Assembly: GCA_001643675.2 (NCBI GenBank)
Contig: LSRY02000001.1
Coordinates: forward strand, 1,612,001-1,676,000
DNA: 64,000 bases
Source of the DNA: Monocercomonoides exilis PA203
Taxonomy: Eukaryota > Protista > Preaxostyla
Direction: 5' to 3'
The notes beneath the pieces were generated by a model. It worked only from the letters and a program-made list of their open reading frames with translations, made no database searches and had not been told where the DNA came from. This document shows positions 1-11,700 of this stretch, piece by piece; position 1 is the first letter of the stretch; every line of letters starts with the position of its first letter. The position numbers and the translations under genes are program-made.

Positions 1-318
1 CACAATCAAGAAACAATATTTATGAAAAATTGAATTTTGATAAACAATTTAATACAGATATCGCATAAAATACAGAACAAGATCGATTTCATAATAACTG
101 CAAGAGGAATAATTCTGACAATATTCCTCTAAATACATCTCATTAATGCAAACTCATTTTATATGTAAGACTTTCAAAGTAGCTTCATTTGTGCTCAAAA
201 ATTTTTATTATTGAAATCTCAAATAAACTAAAAAAAATAATTTTTCACAAAATATTTTTTTAAAAAAATACTCAATTCTTTTAACTTTGAATAATTAGTT
301 TATCAATTTCGAATAATT

Positions 319-546
319 GGGACAAAATATGAGACTTCATGCATTTTCTTTGAAAAATTATGGACCTTCGATGAACTTTTAGTGATCAAAAATTTTGAAA
401 AAAATTTGTTTATTTTTTGACAAATAAGTGAGGAAACAAAATATTTTGTTGGAAAGTCAATGAGACCTGTTTGCAGATTTGAAAATCAAATATATTTTGC
501 AATCTGATGTAGGATTATAATGTTATAAAAGAAAAAAAATTTTTTT
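319..546 (+). repeat. Putative left terminal repeat of the 550-1852 transposon, homologous to the arm of the 19018-19491 foldback element
   Basis: GGGACAAAATATGAGACTTCATGCATTTTC... aligns by eye, essentially without gaps, over ~225 bp to the foldback arm GGGACAAAATATTTGACTTCAGGCATTTTC... Confidence 0.7.
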
Positions 547-549
547 GTT

Positions 550-1852
550 TTGTCCAATAAAGGCTTGAAAGTCCGTATTTTTTCACCATTTGTTTTTGTT
601 TTCAATTTATTTAATTCAACTTTGTTTGAAAATGTGATTGAAGATGAAGAATCAGAGATTATTGAAGATGCTTCACCAATAAAAAAAAATTCAAAATCTG
701 CGGTTTATTCCTTCTTGCGAAATCAACTCGAATGAAAATTACAAAAGCCAAAAAAATTTTGGAATAAAATCATCTTGAAGCATCTTGGCAGGACGTTTTG
801 AAACATTGGGATGAAACGCTTGACAATCTGCATTCAAAACACAAATACCGAAGTGAGTTGATCTATGATGAAGATGAAACACCACTGAGATTATCTGATA
901 ATTGCATAAAACCAGTTGCGATATCCTCGGAGTCTCCATCAGCCTATTGCCTTGATCCTTCTGGAGTGAGAAATGCGAAACTTGTGGCTGGTGTTGCCTC
1001 AGATGGGTTTTCTATGCCCACAATTGTTCTTTGGTCGAGTTCCAATATTCAGAAAGAGTTGACTCCTTTGCTATCTCCCTCGCTTTGTGTGTTGAGCAAT
1101 ACTAACTGTTTGATGAACTTTAATCTATTCAAACGATACTCTTTGCGTGATCTGCTTGAAATAATATTAGAAAGAAAGAAAAGAATAAAATTAACGAAAG
1201 AATGATGTTTGCTATTTGTTAATTCGCACAGTTCTCGCACAAACCCTGTTATTTGGGGAAAGTTTATCGAATCAAATGAAGACGTTATCACATTTGTTCC
1301 TCACATATCACATATTTCACAGCCTCTCGATAGAGGTGTTTTTGCTATTCTTAAATCAGTTTTAAATTCATCAATAGAAGTCCCTCAATCTTCAACTGCT
1401 TCTTTCAACAGAAAGGCTTTGTCAGACATCCTTCCTCAAGCTCTTCACTCTGCATTCGCTCCATCAGTTATAAAGAATGCCTTTGATGCAAGCGGAGTTT
1501 TTTTCAAATCATCAGGCCAGTTTTACGTAAAATGCCCAAGCACTTTTCATTTCCTTTGTCAACTTATTCAAATCATTTTGATTTTTACGGAAAACTGCTC
1601 ACAAACGAAGATTTCTGTGAAAAGTGGGGAGAAGATATTTTTATTCGAAAAAGAGCGAAATATTTTGATGCCGAAGAAGAAACAGATAACATTGAAGAAA
1701 CTCTTCCATTAAAATCAAAGAATAAAAGAGTTTATCGAAGAATTTTGCATGATGATTTGGAAAATATCGAAGAAGAAAATTTTGCAGATCAAAGTTCAGG
1801 AAAAAGAAAAATTCGAAGACTATTTGACCCAAGTTTTGTTTATTTTTGCTAA
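550..1852 (+). pseudogene. Decayed pogo/Fot-like (DD35D, DDE_1-type) transposase
   Basis: Broken ORFs (550-735, 798-1205, 1209-1712, 1532-1852) contain YDEDETP (NxDET, D1), LFVNSHSSR (LDGHSSH-like, D2 mutated to N) and PHISHISQPLDRGVFAILKS (D3). There are 35 residues between the D2 and D3 positions. Stops and frameshifts are present. Confidence 0.85.
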
Positions 1853-2174
1853 TTGAGTCTGCATTTTTTGTTCTTTTTTTCTTTCAAAAAATTGGTTCCA
1901 ACAAAAACACTGACCTATTCACATTCATCATCAATTTTTTTAAAGAAATTATTTCACTTAAAAATTTTTTAAATTCATATCCACACATACAATTATTTTT
2001 ATGTGATTGATCAATTTGCTCCATGAACATATTTTTTTAGAAATTGTTCTCAAAGAACAAAAGATATAACCTTTAAAAAATTCTAAATTTAATTAACATT
2101 TTATTTTTCAGATAACCAGAGTCTCCAAACGTAAATACATGTTAAAAAGAAGTCCATTTTATTTAATTAGTTAA

Positions 2175-3104
2175 CTATTTGTTTCCCTTCTTCTTTCCGA
2201 CTTTCTTTGAATAGAATTCAAGTTCTGGACCTTCCAAGATATATCCATCAGCTCTTCCGCATTGACCTGGACGTGATGAAATGCGTGCAAGAAGTCTTCC
2301 AGACTGAAATTGTGCAGCAAGGGCTTCAGAGAGTGATCTGTGTTTATTACGCAATTGCATTTTGCGATGAAGATGGTCTGACATCTTCTTAACAGTTTCC
2401 TTTTCGGCTGCTTTCTCTTTTCCTCCTTTTTTGTCCTTCTGAGCTTTGGAAATCTTCTTTTTACCAATTGAGACGCCATAATGTTTCTCATACCAGGCCG
2501 CAAAAGGTGAAGCATCGATTTCAACAATGCATCCTTTGACGAGAACTTTCATTCTCACAAGCTCCTGTCAGTTAATCATGAAAATTAATAACAAAAATTT
2601 CAACAAATAGAGTACATATTTCATTATTTATTTATATATAAAATCACAAACATTGTTCGATGCATTGTAAACAACATTCAAAATTCTGCACTTGCGTGTT
2701 GTGACTAAATTTAATTTTAAAAAGAAATACTTTATTAACAAAAGCAAATATAAAGAATTATTTACCTTCAGAACCCCATGAAAAGTTTCCAGTTTCAAGG
2801 CGAAGAGCTCTGTGCTTGATGATTCCTCCACGGCAACGTACTGGATGGACACGAACACCACCAAGATGGGTCATTGCAGCTGGACGACCAATTTCATACT
2901 TTCTCTTTTTCCTCCACTCCTTTTGTTTGCCGCTTGTTGCACGGCGTTTGTGAATTGAGTCTCTGGTAATTCCTTTCAAATTATTCAAATATTATTAACA
3001 TACAATAAGTGTAAAATATCAAAAATTGAAAAAATTCGAAACGTTGTTATGAAATGTTAATAAATATTTAAATTCAAGAAGGAATCAAAAAACATCAAAC
3101 CCAT
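2175..3104 (-). CDS. RPS8: 40S ribosomal protein S8 (eS8), 4 exons
   Basis: Spliced [17 protein letters not shown]...[15 protein letters not shown]...VYNASNNELVR...[21 protein letters not shown] introns at 2973-3100, 2705-2765 and 2565-2651. Confidence 0.98.
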
Positions 3105-3177
3105 TCAAATTAACCTAATTAAGGTTGATGTAACATAATTATTTTGTTTGATTTATTGCAAATTTGATCAGAGAAAT
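3105..3177. promoter_or_regulatory. Putative compact bidirectional promoter (RPS8 / RhoGEF) containing TTTGATCA
   Basis: 73 nt between divergent predicted ATGs; motif at 3163-3170. Confidence 0.5.
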
Positions 3178-6062
3178 ATGATAAGGTTTTGCTATTATTT
3201 TGCATGTTAGTATAATAATTCTATGCTATTTATATTTTATAACGAATCGAAACTTTAAGCGTGGTGTTGAATGTTATTTTTGTATTTGCATTTGCGCTCA
3301 GTTCGTTTATCCTTTATCATTTTATCACTCCAAAACCAAAAGGATGTAAGTCGGAAAAATTGATATCAAAATCTGTTAAAATTATGAGAAAGGTTTTGTT
3401 AGTTATTACAATTGTACAACTATATTTTGAATCGGTGACTTGTTAAAAAATTTTTATTTAGCTGCATCTTCTTTCAAACTCATTTGCCGATGCTGTTTTG
3501 GAACAACTAAGTTTGACTTTTATATAAAAAATTTCTAGACAGAAATATTTCAAACTTCAAAATTCAGATCGTAATTCTTATCCAGTTAAACCTCATTTGA
3601 CAGATGAACAAATTACGCACCATAAAAAAGACGAAGATGACGAGATGAAAAAAAATGAATCTGAAAGTAATCAAATGAAAACATCAATTAATCAACCACC
3701 ACCACCACCACCACCACCACCTCCTCCTCGTCGAAGGAATGTTTCAGACGAAAGTACTCCTGTGAGCGAATCAAAAACACAACAAGATTTTCAAACACCC
3801 CAAAGGGAACAAGAGCAATCTATTCCACTTAAAGAACAAGAACAATCCACTCCACCCAAAGAACAAGAAGAAGGGAAAAGCGTCCTGTCAAAGATGAAGT
3901 CAGGGACTTTGAGGTTTCACTCAATATTCTCAGGATCAAATACGAATAAAGAAGATGAAAAGAATGAAAGCTCTTCAGAAGAAGCAGACTCAGATTCAAC
4001 AGAAAAGCCGCAAAGCGACGAGAAGCCTGCCCAAAACCCGTTGCCTGCCCCGTCTAAACCAACAAAGACTCCCGAGGAGCTGGCTAAAGAAGCAGAAAAG
4101 AAACGTATCCAGCGCGGATATGTCATCGGAGAAATTCTGTCTACGGAGAAAACTTACGTCTCGCAGCTGCAGACGTTCGTGGATGTGTTTGTGAAGCCGT
4201 GCAGAGCCAAGTTGGCTGACCTGAAGCTGACGAACGAAGATGTGAAGACGCTTTTTGGGAACATCGAGATGATCTGCCAGATGAACGGGATGTTTCTTGC
4301 GGAGCTGCAAAAGTGCATCGACGAGCGGAAAGGCGAAGGCATTGCCGATGTGATAGGCAACATGGCAGTGTACTTCAAGTGCTACAACCCGTTCATCACC
4401 TCCTTCCCTGCCAGCCAGGAGCGCCTGAAGCAGCTGAAGGCGAACAACAAGAAGTTTGTGAAGTTTCTGAAGGAGGCGTCAGAAGACGACCGGTGCAACA
4501 TGTACTCCATCGACTCCTTCCTCATCCTCCCTGTGCAGCGCATCCCACGCTACAAGCTGCTTCTGGAGGGGTTGTTAAAGAACACACTGGCAGACCATCC
4601 CGAACACCCGCGCATTTCAGAGGCGCTGGAGAAGATAACAGTGCTGGCACAGCTGGCGAATGACTCGAGAAGGGACTCAGAGCAGAGGCTGAATGTGGTT
4701 TCGTTCCTGCAGCGGATTGAAGGCCACGATGTGACACAGTGGGGGGATAGCATTGAGGATGGGCCGAAACTGGCGAAGGAGAAAGAGAAGGAGAAAGAGA
4801 AGAAGGAGAAAGAGAAGAAGGAGAAAGAAAGGAAGGAGAAAGAGAGGAAGGAGAAAGGGAAAGAAGGGGCGGTGCTGGACGAAGAGATTGATGCTGCTGC
4901 GATTGCCACGCCAACACGAAGGATGCTTTTGGAGATGAATGGCGTTGTGTATTCAGACCTCAACAACACTCAGTATGTTCTACCAAACCTCCTCTCACAC
5001 CTTCCATCTGCTTCATCTGCTTCATCTTCTTCATCTTCTTCATCTTCATCGACTTCTCCTTCTCCTTCTGCCTCTGCTTCAGCATCATCAACTTCTTCTT
5101 CTTCTTCTTCTCCTTCTTCATTTTCGTCATTCTATGTGACAACACAGCAACAACTCAAACAATTTGTGCTGTCAACTCTTTCTGGAAATGCAATAAGCAA
5201 CTTTTCTTCTTCTTCCTCTTCTGCTTCAGCTTCTTCTCCTTCTCCTTCTCCCTCTTCCTCCTCTTCGTCCAATACCAATCCCAACATACAGCCATTTTCT
5301 TTGTGTCTATTCAACGATGCTATTTCTGTGTGTTATCCAACATGTGGTATTTTGTCATCATCATCATCATCATCTTCTTCTTCTTCATCTGCTTCTTCTT
5401 CTTCTTCTTCTTCTCTCTCTCCTTTCCCTTCTCCTCCACTGGGCGGCATCCGAACAACCGGCACACACGCCCTCATCTTCGGCGAGCTGCTTCCGCTTTA
5501 CTTTGTCGACGCCTACGATTTCTCTGAGTGCTTAGCAGAATCTGACTCACCCGAAATACAGCAAGCTCTTATCAACCTCTACACCCACTCAAACTTCGCT
5601 CCCCCGGCTTTATCTTCTTTATCCATTTCTGCTTCTTCTCCTTCTTCTTCACAACCTTCCTCTTCTTCTCCTCCGTCTCCTTCTCCATCGCCCGCCACAT
5701 CACCTGTCTCTGCCCGCGCTCTTTCGTCTTCCTTCGCTCCCACCCAGCCGATGCAGCTGATGTCTCTTGCAGTCACCCTCCGCATCGACCCCAGCTTCCA
5801 CCCGACCAACCCGAAAGTCGGGGGAGACACACAGCTCGCCCCGACAGGCTTCAGAGGGCGCATAGCATCGATGACGGACGAAGAGAAGGAAGCGCTGCAG
5901 AAAGTGAGAAGATTGTTTGTTGTCAGAGGCACGACAGAGCGCTTAAAGGAGTTCAGACACGCCTGGGAGGAGGCCATGACGACCGTCAGAGAGGCGAAGA
6001 TGCTCACGTCGTCGGCTCCGGTTTCTCCGCTGCAGGCAAACAGAGTTCCGATGAAGTTTTAA
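3178..6062 (+). CDS. Dbl-homology (DH) RhoGEF with predicted N-terminal hydrophobic anchor, Pro-rich linker and Ser-rich C-terminal part
   Basis: DH motifs EILSTEKTYV, LFGNIEMI and SFLILPVQRIPRYKLLLEGLLKNT in ORF 3597-6062. Upstream exons 3178-3185, 3260-3392 and 3462-3510 join in frame via introns 3186-3259, 3393-3461 and 3511-3567. The 5' model is less certain than the DH domain. Confidence 0.85.
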
Positions 6063-6591
6063 GAAAAAAAATTGTCAATGTGTCTTTAGCTGATTTGTCT
6101 ATATCATCAGTTTAGTTTGTTATTTTTTGGAAATAATTTTTTTAATTCTAAATTGGCCTCTTCTTATTTTTTCATTACAAAACTGAAAATGTTAAAATAG
6201 CGATTGCATTCCGATAACGATTGATTTTACAATAGCAGTAAATATTTAACCTTCTTTTTTTAACCTTTGTATGATGAAAAATGGAAGGATTGCGTTTTAA
6301 AACCAAAAATGAAATTTTATTGAATCAAATTTATTTGCAAAGCAAAGTAGTTATTTTCTTATTAATAAATAAGAACTCGATTATCATCCATTTGTCACTT
6401 TATCAAGAAAAAAAAATACAAAGAAAAAGAAAAAAATTTTTTGATTTCCAGAAATATGATGAAATGTCTTGAGTTTTGAACCCGACAAATACATTAACAA
6501 CAAAACTGAAACCGCTTTATTAATTGAAAACTTTTACACAATTCCGTTGGCAATTATTCATTTGATAATGTAAATAAGGTTATCTGATCAA

Positions 6592-7649
6592 ATGAGTGAA
6601 CAAACTATAAAAATCAAAGGTGTAGATGTGCCTTACACTGTTGAATCTTCATCAATAGATGTAAAAGCTATTGTCGAGACATTTGTTCCGTGGAAAGACT
6701 GGGTAGACTCTTTGGATGAACATATGCATGTTTCTCATGTCCATTTTCAGAGCATGGACTATAAAGGTAAAAATGTTGGATTTGTTAAATTTAAGGCGGA
6801 TGCATCAGTTGGAGATGAAAAGAAACGCATTCCAGGTTAGCTTTATGATTGTTGACAAAGAATTGGAATTTCAAGTTATTAATAGGAATTGTTCTCCTTC
6901 GTGGTGGCGCAATTGCATGCTTGATTGAGGCAATTTGCGATGGAAAGTCATATGCGCTGCTTATTGAGCAGCCACGATTTCCAAGCGGAAAATCAAATTT
7001 CAGAGAGGTTGTTGCTGGAATGCTCGATGGAGACAATCATTTGGCAGGATCAATGATTAGAGAAGTTCAGGTTTGTATCTATTTATTTTTTGCATTTTGT
7101 CAAAGAGTTAATTTTTCATTTCAATTTCAAGGAAGAAGTTGGATTAACGATTCAAGTTGACAAACTTATCGACTTGACTGAACTTGCTCAAGGACCAAAT
7201 GTTCGGGGAATGTATCCATCAATTGGATTGTATGCTTTTGATAACGTTTTAACATTTCATTTTGAGATATTTTGTAATGCTTTTATTTTTCTTGAAGATG
7301 TGACGAATTTATTCGCCTTTTCCTTTATCGTGTTGAAATGACAAAAACGCAATTGGATTCACTTGAAGGAAGATTAGGAGGACTTAAAGAAGAAGGAGAA
7401 TATATAACACTTTGCGTATGAAATGAATGTTTTTTTTCCTGTTTTATGGCTTGCTTTTATTTTGTCTTTCAAAATAATTTTTTTTTTCAGATTCATCCGT
7501 TGGATGATCTTTGGAAAACTGAATATGATTCAAAAACTTTGTGCTGTTTGTTCCTGAGAGAAAAGTTACTCGCTGCTGGAAAGCTTCCTGCTCCAATAAA
7601 ATTTGAAGATACATTTGTTCAACCTTCTCCATCTTCAGCAACTCCATAA
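6592..7649 (+). CDS. Nudix hydrolase, NUDX14/ADP-sugar pyrophosphatase-like, 5 exons
   Basis: Spliced GFVKFKAD..IPGIVLLRGGA..EQPRFP..AGMLDGDNHLAGSMIREVQEEVG (Nudix box)..YPSIGLCDEFIRLFLYR. Introns at 6836-6885, 7071-7131, 7230-7297 and 7416-7490. Confidence 0.88.
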
Positions 7650-7852
7650 AAATTATTTCATTTTCTCCTTTTTACAACCTTTTTTACCTTTTTTGTTTGC
7701 TTGTAAATTATAAAAAATGATTATTTATAATTGAAACACTTTTCTCATCAAGAAATGAAGCTCCAACAAGAGAAAGGAGTAACAGCGAAATGTTTTAGAT
7801 GAGCTTGTTTCAAATAGAAGTGAGAGAAGTGCTCATTCCAAAAATGATTTAA

Positions 7853-8476
7853 TTATGCGCGTGGCCTTGAGCCTGCTTCTGCACGTCTGTATCCACCATC
7901 ACGACGTTGTCCATCATCTTGACGTTTCTGAAAGTGAATTATTCATTGCAAAAATATTGAACGTGCGTGAAATAAAAGAATAAAAAAACGAGTCAAACAA
8001 ATGATGGCTTGAAATCTCCAGAATCCTTCTTATATCCATCGCGACGGAATCCTTCACGATCACCAAATCTGCGTGCTCTTCTCTCATCATCAAATGGTCT
8101 GGTGAACGCTTGTTTTGTTGGTTTCAATGTTGCTGGGATGACGTTTTCATCGATGTGAAGATATTCACGAAGGTAAACAATACCTTCATCAGTCAAAGTC
8201 CAATAATAAATTTGCCAGTTGAAGGTCTCCTTGACATATTTACGAGTGACCAATGACTGCATCATTTTAATAACTTGGATGTTGGGGATGGAGGGGAGAA
8301 CGATGTTCTTTTTTGCGAAGAACTCTTTCTTTGCCAGGCAAACACCCTCTGATTTTGTTTTGTTATTAACAAAGAATTCAAGCAATAAAATACGGGGTAA
8401 TGTGCAAAAAAATTAAATACAAACCTTTGAAAAGGTAACGAAGGATTTTAATTCGATTTGCAGTTGGAATGAGCAT
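7853..8476 (-). CDS. RPS10: 40S ribosomal protein S10 (eS10), 3 exons
   Basis: MLIPTANRIKILRYLFKEGVCLAKK...PNIQVIKMMQSL...YVKETFNWQIYYWTLTDEGIVYLREYLH. Introns at 8349-8424 and 7928-7998. Confidence 0.97.
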
Positions 8477-8776
8477 GTTTCTATCTTGTTTGACAATGGG
8501 TTTCTAATACCTAAAATAGGATTTCTTGGTTGTGAATGGTTCAGATCTATTTTGATCGAAAAAGCTATAATTAATATTAATAAATAATTATTTTTCGTTA
8601 ATTTAAAGCTTACATGGATGTGTGAATCGTTAATTTAAGATATCAAAGAGTATATAATTTAGTTTAAAATACAATAGGATTTATTGCTTCCGAAAATAAG
8701 TGATGAAGCTTCATTTTTTCAGGTATTGATTTGTTATTCTTATTTTGTCTTATAAATAGCACGTGCACAAATATTT

Positions 8777-11700
8777 TTGGATGCAACATATCTGCTTTCA
8801 TTCAAGGCTTTAAATGCTGTTGTTATGCTTTCTGATAAAAGTTCTCGCAGAATGAAAACTCTTGTTGCTCATCGATATTGCGCAGGAATTCTTTATCAAC
8901 TACCGACGGAGGATGTTGCTTTTTTTATTCCACAACTTTGGTTTGACTTTGCATTTTAAAATTTTAAATTTCAAATGTGTTTTTATGTTCAAAAGCATTC
9001 TTTCTCTTCAAACAAACTCTCCTTTTATTGATTATGTTCTTCTTACCCTTGCATCGCGCTCTATTCACATCGGATTGACAATTTATGTTCAGCTTAAAAG
9101 CCATGCAGACGATGAAATTAATAACCAAGTATTTAACACAAAAATTGATTCTTTTGTTTTCTTTGCTCCTTTTACAAAATATAAAAATTTGAATGCTTTT
9201 TCGTTTTAGGCAGAAAGAGCTCGACTGCACGCAAACTCAAAAAATGATAGTGATGAAGCTACCGATCCTTCTTTGTTCAATTCTTCAGTTTCATCAGATT
9301 CTTTTATTAATGATAAGGAAACAAGTGATCAGCAAAACTCTCTTTCTTCATCAAAAAGCCAAGATTCCCCTTCGACTATTTTACACACTGCAGTTTCCAA
9401 ATCTTCGCGATCATCTTCTGTTTCTTCAACACATTCTCCAGGCGAATCTCCTACTTCTAGTGCTTCGACGATTTCAACCCAGAAAGATAACCAAACGCCT
9501 ACTCCTTCTGCTTCTGCCAATCAGAGCAAAAAAATGATGCATTGGAGACAGAAAGTGTTTGAGCTGATGGAATATGTTGAGATGGCTGTGGTGAACGGAC
9601 TGTCATTCAGAATCGAAGAGGCACTCAAGGCTCTCTCAGTATACCACACGAACTTTACGTGGTTTGCTTCGACTGCTGCTCTTTCATCAAACAGTGCATT
9701 GCCTCTGCTAAAGCTGCCTTCACTTGCCATCTCACCTCCTTTGGCATCATCCCCATCTTCCACCAGAAGCGAAGCAAATGCTGACCCTTCGGATCTACCA
9801 AGCACCAAAAATGATTCTGAGAAAAGCAATTGTTCATCTTCAGTGGATTCAATTGATATAAATGCACAAAGCTCTTCTTTAACTTCTTCTTCTTCAACTG
9901 CTTTGCCTGAATTGCATCAGCTTATTCCTCCAGCTTCAGAATCCCGCTCTTCTGAAGCAGAAGAGCCTTCTTCCTCATCACTTGCCCGTTCTTCTTCTTC
10001 TATTTCTTCTACCTATTCCTCTTATTCCTCACTTTCATCCACAACCACCATAACTCCCTCTTCTTCTTCTTCTTCTTCTTCTTCTTCTTCTTCTTCTTCC
10101 ACCCACACCCTCTCCTCCCTCTCCTCCCTGCACCAGCTGTCTCCGTCCTCTGTCTGCTCGTTCTTCTCTTCCCTCACTCCTCCTCTCCCTCCTCCCGTCG
10201 GCCTCGACGAGCCGTCTGCCTCAGGAAAGGGCAAACTGCACAGGCACCGCCTCTTCTCATCCACACTCAACACACTCGAGCTGCTGAAGAAGATAAGCGC
10301 GTCTTTGAGACACCATTCGGTGGAGAAGAGGAAGGAAGTGCTGGTGAAGCAGATGACAGCGCTGGAGGAGGTGCTCGAGATGGAGGTGGAGGAGGCAGAG
10401 AAGGAGAGGAGGGCGAAGGAGGCGAAGGAGCAGAAGCTGATGGAGTGTGTGAGAGAGGAAGAGGAGGAGGAGGAAGAGGGAGAAGAGAAGAAGAATAAGA
10501 ATAAGAAGCAGACGACGTTGAGAAGGAAAACAGCACAACTGTTTTCGTATCTGTCAGCGAAGATGAAGAAGAAACTGGGGAAGAAAGAGAAGAAGGGGAA
10601 GAAGAAGGGGAAAGGAAGAGAAAAAGAAAAAGTAACGCAAACTGAAAAGTCAAATGAATTTAATGGAAAGAAAATGAATGAGCGAAAGGGAAGAAGTGAG
10701 AAAGAAAATGTGGAACAAAATGCAGAAGATGCCACAGACAATAACAACCACAACAATGATAATGAAGAAGAAGCTGACATAGAAATTAATGAAGACATAG
10801 AAGAAGATGATGATGAAAACGAAGAAGATGACGAAGAAGAAGAAGAAGAAGACGATGAAGATGACTATTCACTTTCCCTCTATCAGCACGGCGACCCCTT
10901 CCTCTCCTTCCTCCTCCCACTGCCTTTAAATCAGGTGAACAAACTTCCTCCTCGTGTCATCCGCTTCCTGCCTTCTGAGTGTTCTGTGCTGAAGTCGCGT
11001 GAAAGGGCGCCTGTGATGGTGTGGATGGAGTGCTGTGATGCGAGCTGTGCAGAAGGGGTGATGGCAGTGAAGGAGGAGGTGTGGAGGCAGAGCGAGCGAG
11101 AGAGGGAGGAGAGGATGAGGAGGGGGAGGAGGAGGGGGAGGAGGAGGAATGGAGGGAAGGAGAAAGAGGAAGGGGAAGGAGAAGGGAAAGAGGGAGAAGA
11201 GGGAGAAGAGGGAGAGGAGGGAGAGGGGGAAAAGGAAGAGGACAATGAAGAGATGAAGGAGAAGGAGAAGATAAGTTCGAATGATAAAAAAGGTGGGGAA
11301 GCGACGAAAACTGATGCTAATGGAGTGACAAAGAAGAGGAACTGGGGATTTGGTTGGATGTTCAACAGAACAGCGAATCAAACTTCTTCCTCTTCTTCCT
11401 CTTCTTCCTCTTCCTCCTCCTCTTCTGCTTCTTCATCTTCTTCTGTAACAAGCAACAAACAGAGTGACAATAATAAGCCATTGAAATCAGCAGGGAAGAT
11501 TCAGTCGATCAACTCTGAAACTTTCTTTGCTCAACTGGAACTGGCTGAAAGGACACTCAAAACGAAACAAGAAGAAGAAGAAGCAAAAGGAGAAAGAGAA
11601 AGAGAAAGAGAAAGAGAAAGAGAAGGAGCTGTGAATGCTTTAGGGAATGAATCTGCTTTGCCATCATCATTGTCTTGTAATGATCATGAAAGAGTTGATG

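Noticed and set aside
1853-2170. Possible right TIR for the 319-1852 transposon
   Set aside because: Only scattered short matches (e.g. TTCCAACAAAA) to the expected reverse complement; not convincing.
2565-3100. Intronic snoRNAs in RPS8 (as in vertebrates)
   Set aside because: No convincing paired C (RUGAUGA) and D (CUGA) boxes or H/ACA structure in these short AT-rich introns.
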